A stretch of 35,576 nucleotides of DNA from an uncultured Clostridia bacterium. Lineage in GTDB: Bacteria > Bacillota > Clostridia > Oscillospirales > Oscillospiraceae. Location: NCBI GenBank assembly GCA_945487445.1, contig CALYTU010000001.1:1-35576 (forward strand), given 5' to 3'. The position numbers and the translations under genes are program-made. The notes beneath the pieces were generated by a model. It worked only from the letters and a program-made list of their open reading frames with translations, was not told the origin of the DNA and made no database searches. Within the stretch, counting starts at the first letter, position 1. Each line of letters starts with the position of its first letter. Positions 26,874 to 35,236 of the stretch are shown here, one piece after another.

Positions 26874-28295
26874 TTATTCCTTTCCGTTCCAGCAGAAGGT
26901 GCAAAGGTCGCACTCGGGCAGGCCGATTGCCTCGATCACACCCTCCAAAGACTGGAACTCCAGTGAGGCAAAATGGAATTTTTCGCAGATTGCACTGCGC
27001 AGCTTCTTGCCGCGCTCGGTGCTGCTGTCGCAGTATTCCTCCAGATGGCGGAAGCCTTTCTCTCCTTCCAGCTCCAGAATTACCCGACGGGCGATCAACT
27101 CCAAATCGGAGGTGGAGCGGGAAAAGCTCAGGTACTTGCAGCCGAACATAATGGGCGGACAGGCGGAGCGCATATGAACGGACTTGGCACCGTTCTCATA
27201 GAGGAACTCTACCGTCTCTTGAAGCTGTGTGCCGCGGACGATGGAATCGTCCACAAACAGCAGGTCCTTGCCCTCGATCAGCTCCTTGACGGGGATCTGC
27301 TTCATCTTGGCAATCTTCTCGCGGTCTACCTGCGTGGGAGGCATGAAGCTGCGTGCCCAGGTGGGGGTGTACTTGATGAAGGCTCGCGCGAAGTGCATAC
27401 CGCTTTCATTGGCGTAACCGATGGCGTATGGCGTACCGGAATCGGGGACGCCGCCCACATAGTCGATCTTCTGTTCGCCGCGGGCGCAGTCGTCCCGGGC
27501 CATAATGGCGCCGTTGCGGTAACGCATGGCTTCCACATTGACGCCTTCATAAGTCGACGTGGGATAGCCGTAGTAGCTCCAGAGGAAGGAGCAGATTCGT
27601 TTTTTCTCACCCGGCGCACAAAGCTGCGTCACGCGCTCGGAGCGAATGGCCACGATCTCGCCGGGTCCAAGCTCCTTTTCAAACGCATACCCCAGCTTCT
27701 CATAGGCAAAGGACTCGAAGGAGACGGCATAACCGTCCTCCCGCCTGCCGATGGAGACCGGGAGCCTGCCAAGCCGGTCACGGGCTGCAATGATCGTGCC
27801 GTCTTCCTGCAAGATCAGAATGGAGGCCGTGCCGTCAATGGACTTCTGCGCAAAACGAATCCCCTCTGAGAAGCTGCTCTTCTGATCAATCAGCGCAGCC
27901 AGAAGCTCCACCCCGTTGATCCTGCCGCCGGTCTTGGCATCAAAGTGCCCGCCGGAGAAGGAGAGGTACTGATCGATCAGCGCATCCGCATTGTTGATCC
28001 TGCCAACCATGCAGATGGCGTAAGTGCCCAGATTGGAGCGGATCAAAAGTGGCTGCGGCTCGCTGTCGCTGATGCAGCCGATGGCCGCGATTCCCCGCAT
28101 CTCCTCGAAGATATGCTCAAACCGCGTACGGAACGGAGCGTTCTCAATGTTGTGAATTTTGCGCTGCAGACCGATCTCCGGGTCAAACGCCGCCATCCCA
28201 CCCCGGCGCGTGCCGAGGTGGGAATGGTAGTCAGTACCGAAGAAGACGTCGGCCATACAGTCATTTTTTGACGTAATGCCGAAAAAGCCTCCCAT
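26874..28295 (-). CDS. purF: Amidophosphoribosyltransferase homologue lacking the N-terminal catalytic Cys
   Basis: 473 aa. The PRTase part is intact (GGVPDSGTPYA, LLFVDDSIVRGTQ) and there is a C-terminal Cys cluster (CDLCTFC). The N-terminus reads MGGFFGI instead of (M)CG[VI]FGI. The ATG has GGAGG 6 nt upstream. Confidence 0.85.
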   Translation of the reverse strand: MGGFFGITSKNDCMADVFFGTDYHSHLGTRRGGMAAFDPEIGLQRKIHNIENAPFRTRFEHIFEEMRGIAAIGCISDSEPQPLLIRSNLGTYAICMVGRINNADALIDQYLSFSGGHFDAKTGGRINGVELLAALIDQKSSFSEGIRFAQKSIDGTASILILQEDGTIIAARDRLGRLPVSIGRREDGYAVSFESFAYEKLGYAFEKELGPGEIVAIRSERVTQLCAPGEKKRICSFLWSYYGYPTSTYEGVNVEAMRYRNGAIMARDDCARGEQKIDYVGGVPDSGTPYAIGYANESGMHFARAFIKYTPTWARSFMPPTQVDREKIAKMKQIPVKELIEGKDLLFVDDSIVRGTQLQETVEFLYENGAKSVHMRSACPPIMFGCKYLSFSRSTSDLELIARRVILELEGEKGFRHLEEYCDSSTERGKKLRSAICEKFHFASLEFQSLEGVIEAIGLPECDLCTFCWNGKE

Positions 28296-28322
28296 GAGGA
28301 ACCTCCTGCGTGAAGAGAAAAA

Positions 28323-29009
28323 TTATGCAAAGAACAGCTTGGACAGCTCCATGGGCTCAATATACTTGCCGTCCTTATAGACGCGCATATTGCCGGACGC
28401 GATCTCATCGATCAGCATAACCTTGCCGTCAGCGTCGTAGCCAAACTCAAATTTAATGTCGTACAGGACCATGCCCTTTTCCTTCAGATCGTCGGCCACG
28501 ATCTGGGTAATCTTCTGCGTCATAGCCTTAATCTCGTCGTACTGCTCGGCAGTCATGACGCCCAGAACCACAAGGCCGTCCTTGGTGACCAGGGGATCGC
28601 CCTTCTCGTCGTTTTTGAAGGTGGTCTCCACGTAGGCAGGCAGATCAGCGCCCTCGGCAATGTACTCGCCATAACGGCGCAGGAAGCTGCCCACGGCCTT
28701 GTGGCGGCAGATAACCTCGAGGCCCTTGCCGAAAACCTTGGCGGGCAGGACTTCCATGGTGGTATTGGCCAGATCAGCGGAAACATAGTGCGTCCGGATC
28801 CCGGCGGCGTTCACCTTCTCAAAGAAGTAGATGGACATCCGCAGGTTCACATCGCCCACACCGTCGATGGTCAGACCGATGGAATTCTCACCGGGATCGA
28901 AGACGCCGTCCTTGCCGGTGCAGTCATCCTTAAACTTCAAGAGAAAGTTACCGTTTTCGAGCTTGTAGACATTCTTAGTCTTGCCAGTGTAGATAAGCTG
29001 ATTCTCCAT
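28323..29009 (-). CDS. purC: SAICAR synthetase
   Basis: 228 aa. [16 protein letters not shown].. matches the short bacterial PurC form. AAAGGAG lies upstream. Confidence 0.93.
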   Translation of the reverse strand: MENQLIYTGKTKNVYKLENGNFLLKFKDDCTGKDGVFDPGENSIGLTIDGVGDVNLRMSIYFFEKVNAAGIRTHYVSADLANTTMEVLPAKVFGKGLEVICRHKAVGSFLRRYGEYIAEGADLPAYVETTFKNDEKGDPLVTKDGLVVLGVMTAEQYDEIKAMTQKITQIVADDLKEKGMVLYDIKFEFGYDADGKVMLIDEIASGNMRVYKDGKYIEPMELSKLFFA

Positions 29010-29052
29010 TGTTTTTTTCTCCTTTATCGTTCAAGATTGTTCTGAATAAATT

Positions 29053-29547
29053 TTACGCCTTGAGCTGCTCCTGCAGTTCGCGGTTTTGGTCCAGGACCTT
29101 TTCCGCCATTCCGGTGCGGTGGTCCACAAGCCGCTGGGCCAGCTCCAGATCGTCGACTGCGAGGATCTGTGCAGCCAGGACGGCCGCGTTGGCTCCGCCG
29201 CCGACGGCGACAGTCGCAACGGGAATGCCGCTCGGCATCTGGACTGTGGAGAGCAGGGCGTCCAGCCCCTCCAGATTCGAGCCGGGGCAGGGCACGCCGA
29301 TGACAGGCAGGGTGGTGTTGGCGGCAATGGCTCCGGCCAGGTGGGCTGCCATGCCCGCGAAAGCGATGACGCAGGCAAGGCCCCGTCCGCGGGCGGACTT
29401 GGCAAACTCCGCGGTCTCACCGGGGGTCCGGTGGGCGGAGAGGATGTGGACCTCAAACGGGATCTCCAGATCCTTCAGGGTGTCGATTGCCTTTTGAACA
29501 TAGGGAAGATCGCTCTTGCTTCCCATTACAATTCCGATTGCTTTCAT
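29053..29547 (-). CDS. purE: N5-CAIR mutase (class I PurE-like)
   Basis: 164 aa. Motifs [15 protein letters not shown] and AGMAAHLAG (resembles the class I AAHLPG). AGAGGAAA lies upstream of the ATG. Confidence 0.93.
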   Translation of the reverse strand: MKAIGIVMGSKSDLPYVQKAIDTLKDLEIPFEVHILSAHRTPGETAEFAKSARGRGLACVIAFAGMAAHLAGAIAANTTLPVIGVPCPGSNLEGLDALLSTVQMPSGIPVATVAVGGGANAAVLAAQILAVDDLELAQRLVDHRTGMAEKVLDQNRELQEQLKA

Positions 29548-29588
29548 GATTGATTTCCTCTCACGGTCAAGTTGGTATCATCGCCGCA

Positions 29589-30008
29589 TCAGCCGCCGGC
29601 CTTCGTTTCGCAGTAGAGGCAGCGGTAAACCTTCTCATTGCGGTCGGTCAGGCGGAACACATGATGCAGCTCCTGCTCAGTGGAAGTGATGCAGCGGGGA
29701 TTCTTGCAGAAAATAACGTCGGTCAGGGTCAAAGGCATTTCAATGGCCCGTTTCTCCACCAGCTTGCCCTGCCGAATGATGTTTACGGTTGCGCCCGGAT
29801 CAACATAGGCGATAACATCCAGATCCACGGGGATATCCGCGTCGATCTTGATGATGTCCTTCTTGCCCATCTTGCGGCTGTTGACGTTCTTGATGATGGC
29901 AACAGAGAGGTCCGTCTCGTCCAGCTTCATCAGCTTATAGAGCGTCATGCCCTTGCCCGCGGTAATGTGGTCGATGACCACACCGTTCTGGATCGCGGCA
30001 ATATTCAT
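29589..30008 (-). CDS. pyrI: Aspartate carbamoyltransferase regulatory chain
   Basis: 139 aa. [10 protein letters not shown].. and a C-terminal Zn domain CKNPRC...C..C (YRCLYCE). The ATG overlaps the pyrB stop (ATGA). Confidence 0.9.
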   Translation of the reverse strand: MNIAAIQNGVVIDHITAGKGMTLYKLMKLDETDLSVAIIKNVNSRKMGKKDIIKIDADIPVDLDVIAYVDPGATVNIIRQGKLVEKRAIEMPLTLTDVIFCKNPRCITSTEQELHHVFRLTDRNEKVYRCLYCETKAGG

Positions 30009-30931
30009 AGTGTACCGGCCTCCGTGAGCAGTTTCAGGATCAAAGCCATACGCATATACTTGCCGTTGAGCACCTGCTTGAAGTAACAGGCTCTGGGATC
30101 GTCGTCGATGGCAACGCTGATCTCATTGACTCTGGGCAGGGGGTGGAGGATCGAAAGATCCTTTTTGGCGTTCTTGAGTTTTTCCGGCGTGAGGATGTAG
30201 CTGTCCTTCAAGCGGAGATAATCCTCCTCGTTGAAGAAGCGCTCACGCTGCACACGGGTCATATAGAGGATATCCAGCTCGGGCATGGCCGCTTCCAAAT
30301 CGGTCGTCTGGGTGTAGGGAATGTTGTATTTCTTCAGGCTGCCCTTCTTGACATAGCTGGGAACCTTCAGCTCCTCGGGGGAGATCAGGACAAATTTGTT
30401 GTCGGCGTAACGGGACATGGCGTTGAGCAGGGAATGAACCGTGCGTCCGAACTTCAAATCGCCGCAAACGCCAATGGTCAGACCGCTGAATGTGCGCTTT
30501 TCAAGCCAGATGGTGAGCAGGTCGGCCAGCGTCTGGGTGGGGTGGCAATGTCCGCCGTCGCCGGCGTTGATGACGGGAATGGTGGCGTTGTGGGCAGCCA
30601 CATAGGCCGCGCCCTCCTTGGGGTGGCGCATGGCGATGATGTCCGCGTAGCAGGAGACAGTCTTGGCTGTATCGGCCACGCTCTCTCCCTTGGCGGCAGA
30701 GGAAGACATGGCGCTGGAGACAGAGATCACGTGGCCGCCCAACTCATACATCGCGGCCTCAAAGCTCATACGGGTACGGGTCGATGGTTCAAAAAACAGG
30801 GTTGCGAGCTTCTTGCGGTCGCAGACGTGCGCATACTTGTCAGGGTTTGCGATGATATCCTCCGCCGTTGCGATGAGCTCCTCCAGCTCCTGGGCGCTCA
30901 GGTCCAGAATGTCGATTACACTTCGTTTCAC
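30005..30931 (-). CDS. pyrB: Aspartate carbamoyltransferase catalytic chain
   Basis: 308 aa. Motifs [21 protein letters not shown] and HPLPRVNEI. The GTG start overlaps the pyrE stop (GTGA). Confidence 0.95.
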   Translation of the reverse strand: MKRSVIDILDLSAQELEELIATAEDIIANPDKYAHVCDRKKLATLFFEPSTRTRMSFEAAMYELGGHVISVSSAMSSSAAKGESVADTAKTVSCYADIIAMRHPKEGAAYVAAHNATIPVINAGDGGHCHPTQTLADLLTIWLEKRTFSGLTIGVCGDLKFGRTVHSLLNAMSRYADNKFVLISPEELKVPSYVKKGSLKKYNIPYTQTTDLEAAMPELDILYMTRVQRERFFNEEDYLRLKDSYILTPEKLKNAKKDLSILHPLPRVNEISVAIDDDPRACYFKQVLNGKYMRMALILKLLTEAGTL

Positions 30932-31578
30932 TTGGAACCTCCTATCCAGCTCTCATCGGAGGGGTTATTGCGGAAGGCAATCAGCCGCTCCACATCCTCC
31001 TGTTTGATATAGCCCTCCCAGGCTGCAACGGACGCAATATGATCGAAGTCCGTCAATGACACGTTCTTGACATTTGCGGCCGCCAGGCGTTCCAGGCCGC
31101 GCTGCATGCCGTAGGTAAAGATGGAGACAACGCCCAGCACCTCAGCGCCGGCCTCCCGCAGGGCTTCAACCACCTCGATGACACTGCCGCCGGTGGAAAT
31201 CAGGTCCTCGACCACGACGACCTTCTGGCCGGGCTCCAGCCTGCCCTCAATGCGGTTCTGTCTGCCATGATCCTTGTTGCCGGAGCGAACATAGCCCATG
31301 GGCAGGCCCATGAGATGCCCCACAATGGCGGCATGCGCGATGCCGGCGGTTGAAGTACCCATGAGGACTTCTGCCTCGGGGTAATGTTCACGGATGAGCC
31401 GGACAAGACCGTTCTCCACATCGTTGCGGACAGCAGGCGCCGTCAACGTCAGGCGGTTGTCGCAGTAGACGGGGCTTTTGATCCCGCTGGCCCAGGTGAA
31501 GGGCTCCTCCGGCCGGAAGAATACGGCGCGGATGGAGAGCAGGTCTCTTGCGATCTGTGTGCTGAGATCCATTTCCAT
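30928..31578 (-). CDS. pyrE: Orotate phosphoribosyltransferase
   Basis: 216 aa. Motif [16 protein letters not shown] and PRPP loop [13 protein letters not shown]. Confidence 0.93.
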   Translation of the reverse strand: MEMDLSTQIARDLLSIRAVFFRPEEPFTWASGIKSPVYCDNRLTLTAPAVRNDVENGLVRLIREHYPEAEVLMGTSTAGIAHAAIVGHLMGLPMGYVRSGNKDHGRQNRIEGRLEPGQKVVVVEDLISTGGSVIEVVEALREAGAEVLGVVSIFTYGMQRGLERLAAANVKNVSLTDFDHIASVAAWEGYIKQEDVERLIAFRNNPSDESWIGGSK

Positions 31579-31609
31579 TCTCCTTTGTATATGATTTCAT
31601 TCCATGATT

Positions 31610-32308
31610 TTATCCGATAAATTCTGCGCAGCAGCGTTCGTAGGCTGCCACGGGGTCGGGGGCGGCGGTAATGGGACGGCCCACCACGATATAGTCCGAA
31701 CCGATAGCCTTGGCCTGAGCGGGGGTCATGACCCGCTTTTGGTCGCCCTTTTCCCCGTCGGCAAAGCGGACGCCGGGTGTGACGGTCAGAAATTCAGCAC
31801 CGCAGACGCTGTGGACCCGCTCCGCCTCCAGCGGCGAGCAAACAACACCGTCCAGACCGGCCTTCTTCGCGTTTTCCGCATAAGACAGGACGACCTGCTC
31901 CATCTGCTCACGGATCAAGAGCTCGTTTTCCAGCGTCTCCTGGTTGGTGGAGGTGAGCTGGGTAACCGCAATGAGCAGGGGGCGGGTGCCGTCGGGCCGG
32001 GTCAGGCCTTCCAGCGCGGCCCGCATCATCTCGGCTGCACCGGCGGCGTGGAGGTTGCAAATATCCACGTCGAGGTTCGAGAGCACGGCCATTGCCTTTT
32101 TGACGGTATTCGGAATATCGTGGAGCTTAAGATCCAAAAAGATCCGATGCCCCCGTTCCTTGATCTGCCGGACAATGGCTGGACCTTCTGCATAGAAGAG
32201 CTCCATTCCGATTTTTACGAAGGGCTTTCTGCCCTGAAAGCGATCCAAAAATTCCAGCGTTTGCGCTCCGCTTGGGAAATCGCAGGCGATGATGACGTCT
32301 TTACCCAT
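31610..32308 (-). CDS. pyrF: Orotidine-5'-phosphate decarboxylase
   Basis: 232 aa. Motifs VIIACDF, FVKIGMELF, FLDLKLHDIPNTV and IVVGRPI. Confidence 0.93.
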   Translation of the reverse strand: MGKDVIIACDFPSGAQTLEFLDRFQGRKPFVKIGMELFYAEGPAIVRQIKERGHRIFLDLKLHDIPNTVKKAMAVLSNLDVDICNLHAAGAAEMMRAALEGLTRPDGTRPLLIAVTQLTSTNQETLENELLIREQMEQVVLSYAENAKKAGLDGVVCSPLEAERVHSVCGAEFLTVTPGVRFADGEKGDQKRVMTPAQAKAIGSDYIVVGRPITAAPDPVAAYERCCAEFIG

Positions 32309-33218
32309 GGTTGTCTCCTCCGATGATGTCTCTTATATTTTGTATTCCGTAACGGTCCATTGCCGCGGGAAGCGCTTGAATAATCTTTTTACTGGCCATG
32401 GGGTCGATCAAATTGGCGGCGCCGACCTCCACCGCGCAGGCCCCGGCCATCATCATTTCCAACACGTCCTCTGTGCCGGAAACGCCGCCCATTCCGATCA
32501 CCGGGATCGAAACCGCATGGGCGACCTGATACACCATGCGCAAGGCCACCGGGAATACGGCGGGTCCGGAAAAGCCTCCCATGGTGTTCGCCAGAATGGG
32601 CTTCCGGGTATTCAGATCGATGCGCATGCCCAAAAGGGTATTGATGAGGCTGATCCCGTCGGCGCCGGCGTCTTCACTGGCCTTGGCAATGGAGGCAATG
32701 TCTGTCACATTGGGCGAGAGCTTAACGATCACGGGCTTTGTCGTGACAGCCTTGACTGCCCGAACCACGGAAGCCGCGGCAGCGGGGTCCGTGCCAAAGC
32801 TCATACCGCCGCCATGGACGTTGGGGCAGGAAATATTGATCTCGAGCCAGCCCACTTGCGGCTCTCGGTCCAGCCGCGCGCAGGTGTAAGCATAATCCTC
32901 CACCGAAAATCCGCTCACATTGGCCATGACAGGCTTGTGAAAGCATTTGGCCAACCGCGGGAGCTCCGTGTCGATGACGCGGTCCACGCCCGGGTTTTGC
33001 AGACCGACGGCATTGAGCATTCCGGCGGTGCAGTCCGCGATCCGGGGCGTCGGGTTGCCGAAGCGGGGCTCGCGGGTCGTCCCCTTAAAAGAAAATGTGC
33101 CCAACACATTGATATCATAAAGCTCGGCAAATTCGTAACCGTAGCCAAAGGTACCGGAAGCGGGGATAACGGGATTGTCCAGCTCGATGCCGCAGAGATC
33201 CACGCTCAGTCTTCCCAT
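32301..33218 (-). CDS. pyrD: Dihydroorotate dehydrogenase, class 1B catalytic subunit
   Basis: 305 aa. LSVDLCGIELDNPVIPASGTFGYG, then NxSCPN (INISCPNV) and IGMGGVSGTEDV. It overlaps pyrK by 13 nt and pyrF by 8 nt. Confidence 0.95.
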   Translation of the reverse strand: MGRLSVDLCGIELDNPVIPASGTFGYGYEFAELYDINVLGTFSFKGTTREPRFGNPTPRIADCTAGMLNAVGLQNPGVDRVIDTELPRLAKCFHKPVMANVSGFSVEDYAYTCARLDREPQVGWLEINISCPNVHGGGMSFGTDPAAAASVVRAVKAVTTKPVIVKLSPNVTDIASIAKASEDAGADGISLINTLLGMRIDLNTRKPILANTMGGFSGPAVFPVALRMVYQVAHAVSIPVIGMGGVSGTEDVLEMMMAGACAVEVGAANLIDPMASKKIIQALPAAMDRYGIQNIRDIIGGDNHG

Positions 33219-33940
33219 ATGATCTCCTCCTTTTGCAGAACGGGGCCTTCCTTGCAGATTCGCTTATAGCCGGTGATCGTCCTGCAGGAACAGCCCATGC
33301 AGGCGCCGAAGCCGCAGCCCATGCGCTTTTCAAAGCTGAAGGAACCGCCGGTCTGAACGGTCCGGTAGACTGCCCTGAGCATGGGCTCTGGGCCGCAGGT
33401 ATAGACATGGGAATAGGTCCCAGGCAGGGCGTCGGTGACAAAGCCCCTGACGCCCAAGGAACCGTCCACGGTCGTAACCGTAACATCACAGCCCAGAGCG
33501 CGGAACCGGTCGGCGTAGAAGCATTCCGCCGCCGTATTAAAGCCCAGGATCACGGAAACGTGCTTCCCGGCGTCCCGCAGGCGACGGGCCAGCAAAAACA
33601 GCGGAGGAACGCCCACGCCGCCGCCGATCAGCAGCGGATCCTCCCCGGCAAGCAAAAGATCGTATCCGTTGCCGAGGCCGGTCAGAACGGGGATCACTTC
33701 CCCCGGCTGCACCCGGCTGAGCTGTTCGGTCCCCTTGCCCACGACCTTGTAGATCAGCGTCAGGGTCTCCCCCTCCAGATTGCAGACGGAGATGGGGCGG
33801 CGCAGATACAGCCCCTCCATCCGCAGATTCACAAATTGACCGGGGCGGGTAATCGCCGCGGTATCGCCGGTTAACTGTATCTCAAAAACCGTTTCCGTGA
33901 GCTTTTTCTGCCCGAGAACGGTGAACAACCCATCCTTCAT
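33206..33940 (-). CDS. pyrK: Dihydroorotate dehydrogenase electron-transfer subunit
   Basis: FAD/NAD-binding fold (RPISV, GGGVGVPPL) and the C-terminal 2Fe-2S motif CGFGACMGCSC...C. I place the start at ATG 33940 (MKDGLF). The ORF track extends to 34042, inside pyrC. Confidence 0.9.
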   Translation of the reverse strand: MKDGLFTVLGQKKLTETVFEIQLTGDTAAITRPGQFVNLRMEGLYLRRPISVCNLEGETLTLIYKVVGKGTEQLSRVQPGEVIPVLTGLGNGYDLLLAGEDPLLIGGGVGVPPLFLLARRLRDAGKHVSVILGFNTAAECFYADRFRALGCDVTVTTVDGSLGVRGFVTDALPGTYSHVYTCGPEPMLRAVYRTVQTGGSFSFEKRMGCGFGACMGCSCRTITGYKRICKEGPVLQKEEIIWED

Positions 33941-33950
33941 TGCAAACCTC

Positions 33951-35165
33951 TTACTGATTTTCGTTTTTCGTTTCTTTCTGATATACAGTCTTCCCGTCGC
34001 AGACTGTCGCCAGACACGCTCCGTAGACCTCCCAGCCGGCAAACGGCGTCGCGCGGCCCTTGGTCAGGAAGGCGCAGGGATCCACGACGGAAACAGCGTT
34101 CAGGTCCCAGACCGAGTAATCCTCTGCCAGGCAGAGCCCGAAGCGCTTTCTGGGGTTATATGCCAGAAGCTCGATCAGCTTTTCGAGCGTCAGCACGCCC
34201 GGGCAGACCAGCTTTGTATAGAGCACCGAAAAGGCGGTCTCAAGTCCAACAATGCCGAAGGCACTTCCGCGCAGACCCTTCGCCTTTTCCTCGGCGCTGT
34301 GCGGCGCGTGATCGGTGGCAATCATGTCAATGGTACCGTCCAGAACCCCCTCGATCAGGGCTTCCCGGTCCTCCGGCGCGCGAAGCGGCGGATTCATCTT
34401 GAAACGGCCGTCCTCCTGTAAATCACGCTCGTCAAGAACCAAATAATGCGGCGCCGTCTCACAGGTGACGTCCAGGCCCTGCCGCTTGGCTTCCCGGATC
34501 AGGGCAACGCTCTCCTTCGTGGAAATGTGGCAGACGTGATAGGAGCACCCTGTCTCGCGTACAAGGTCCAGATCCCGCCTGACCTGACCCCACTCACTCT
34601 CGGAGCAGATTCCGGCGTGACCCATTCTTCGGGCATAGGCGCCGTCATGGATATAACCGCCGCCGAGCAGACGATTGTCCTCGCAGTGGGCCACGATCAG
34701 TTTCTTGAGCCTCTTTGCCAGGCGCATCGCTTCGCGCATGAGCTCGTCACGCTGCACGCCGCGGCCGTCATCGGAAAAAGCTACGACGCGAGGCGCGATT
34801 GTCTCCATATCCGACAATTCTTCGCCCCGCTCGCCCGCTGTAATCGCCCCGTAGGGATGGACATGGATCTTGGCATGGGCGGCAATCAGCGACTCCTGAA
34901 CGGCAAGATGCTCGGAATTGTCCGGAACAGGATTCAAATTCGGCATAGTGCAAACGGCTGTATAGCCGCCTGCGGCTGCCGCGGCGCAGCCGGATTCGAT
35001 TGATTCCTTATAAGAAAAGCCCGGCTCGCGAAAATGCACATGCACGTCGCAGAAACCGGGAAATACAGCACAGTCATGGGAAACGGGCAGAATACGCTTA
35101 TCAACAAGCGGAGTGACACTCTGATCGCCTCGGAGATTGTTAAGAAAAGAACGGAAAACAGCCAT
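33951..35165 (-). CDS. pyrC: Dihydroorotase
   Basis: Motifs PGFCDVHVHFREPG, HVCHISTKES and ATDHAPH. I place the start at ATG 35165 (MAVFRS), with GAGG 8 nt upstream. This gives 404 aa and an N-terminus roughly 15-20 aa shorter than Bacillus-type PyrC. The 104 in-frame codons further upstream look non-coding. Confidence 0.8.
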   Translation of the reverse strand: MAVFRSFLNNLRGDQSVTPLVDKRILPVSHDCAVFPGFCDVHVHFREPGFSYKESIESGCAAAAAGGYTAVCTMPNLNPVPDNSEHLAVQESLIAAHAKIHVHPYGAITAGERGEELSDMETIAPRVVAFSDDGRGVQRDELMREAMRLAKRLKKLIVAHCEDNRLLGGGYIHDGAYARRMGHAGICSESEWGQVRRDLDLVRETGCSYHVCHISTKESVALIREAKRQGLDVTCETAPHYLVLDERDLQEDGRFKMNPPLRAPEDREALIEGVLDGTIDMIATDHAPHSAEEKAKGLRGSAFGIVGLETAFSVLYTKLVCPGVLTLEKLIELLAYNPRKRFGLCLAEDYSVWDLNAVSVVDPCAFLTKGRATPFAGWEVYGACLATVCDGKTVYQKETKNENQ

Positions 35166-35206
35166 AGCTTGAACCTCACACGCAGCATCTATTCTTACCG
35201 TGACTA

Positions 35207-35236
35207 AGTTTACCACAAGAAACCGGGATCTGTCAA
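35207..35236 (-). promoter_or_regulatory. Candidate promoter of the pyr(-pur) array
   Basis: On the minus strand, consensus TTGACA (35231-35236), an 18-bp spacer ending in TGg, then TAAACT (35207-35212; an extended -10 of the TGnTAAACT type). It lies 41 nt upstream of the pyrC ATG. Confidence 0.35.

Noticed and set aside
29548-29588. Looked for a purine riboswitch, terminator or promoter between pyrI and purE. A TTGACC hexamer is present.
   Set aside because: The gap is only 41 nt and is mostly SD sequence plus spacer. There is no -10 at a workable distance before the ATG, no hairpin and no room for a roughly 70-nt aptamer. The hexamer is probably fortuitous.
1468-33269. Other long opposite-strand ORFs: 1468-2961, 5669-6826, 7606-9864 (752 aa), 10091-11008, 11005-13029 (674 aa), 13458-15344 (628 aa), 16518-18035 (505 aa), 22564-23325, 23300-24265, 25345-25878, 26118-26966, 26973-27869, 29550-30086, 30143-31012, 31604-32326, 32289-33269, 33233-33874, and the many 60-150-aa ORFs nested in coding regions.
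   Set aside because: Each lies entirely opposite or inside a gene with clear family motifs. They show the same Gly/Ala/Arg/Leu/Val/Asp/His-rich shadow composition and lack SD sequences and recognisable domains. They are explained by high GC3 suppressing antisense stop codons.
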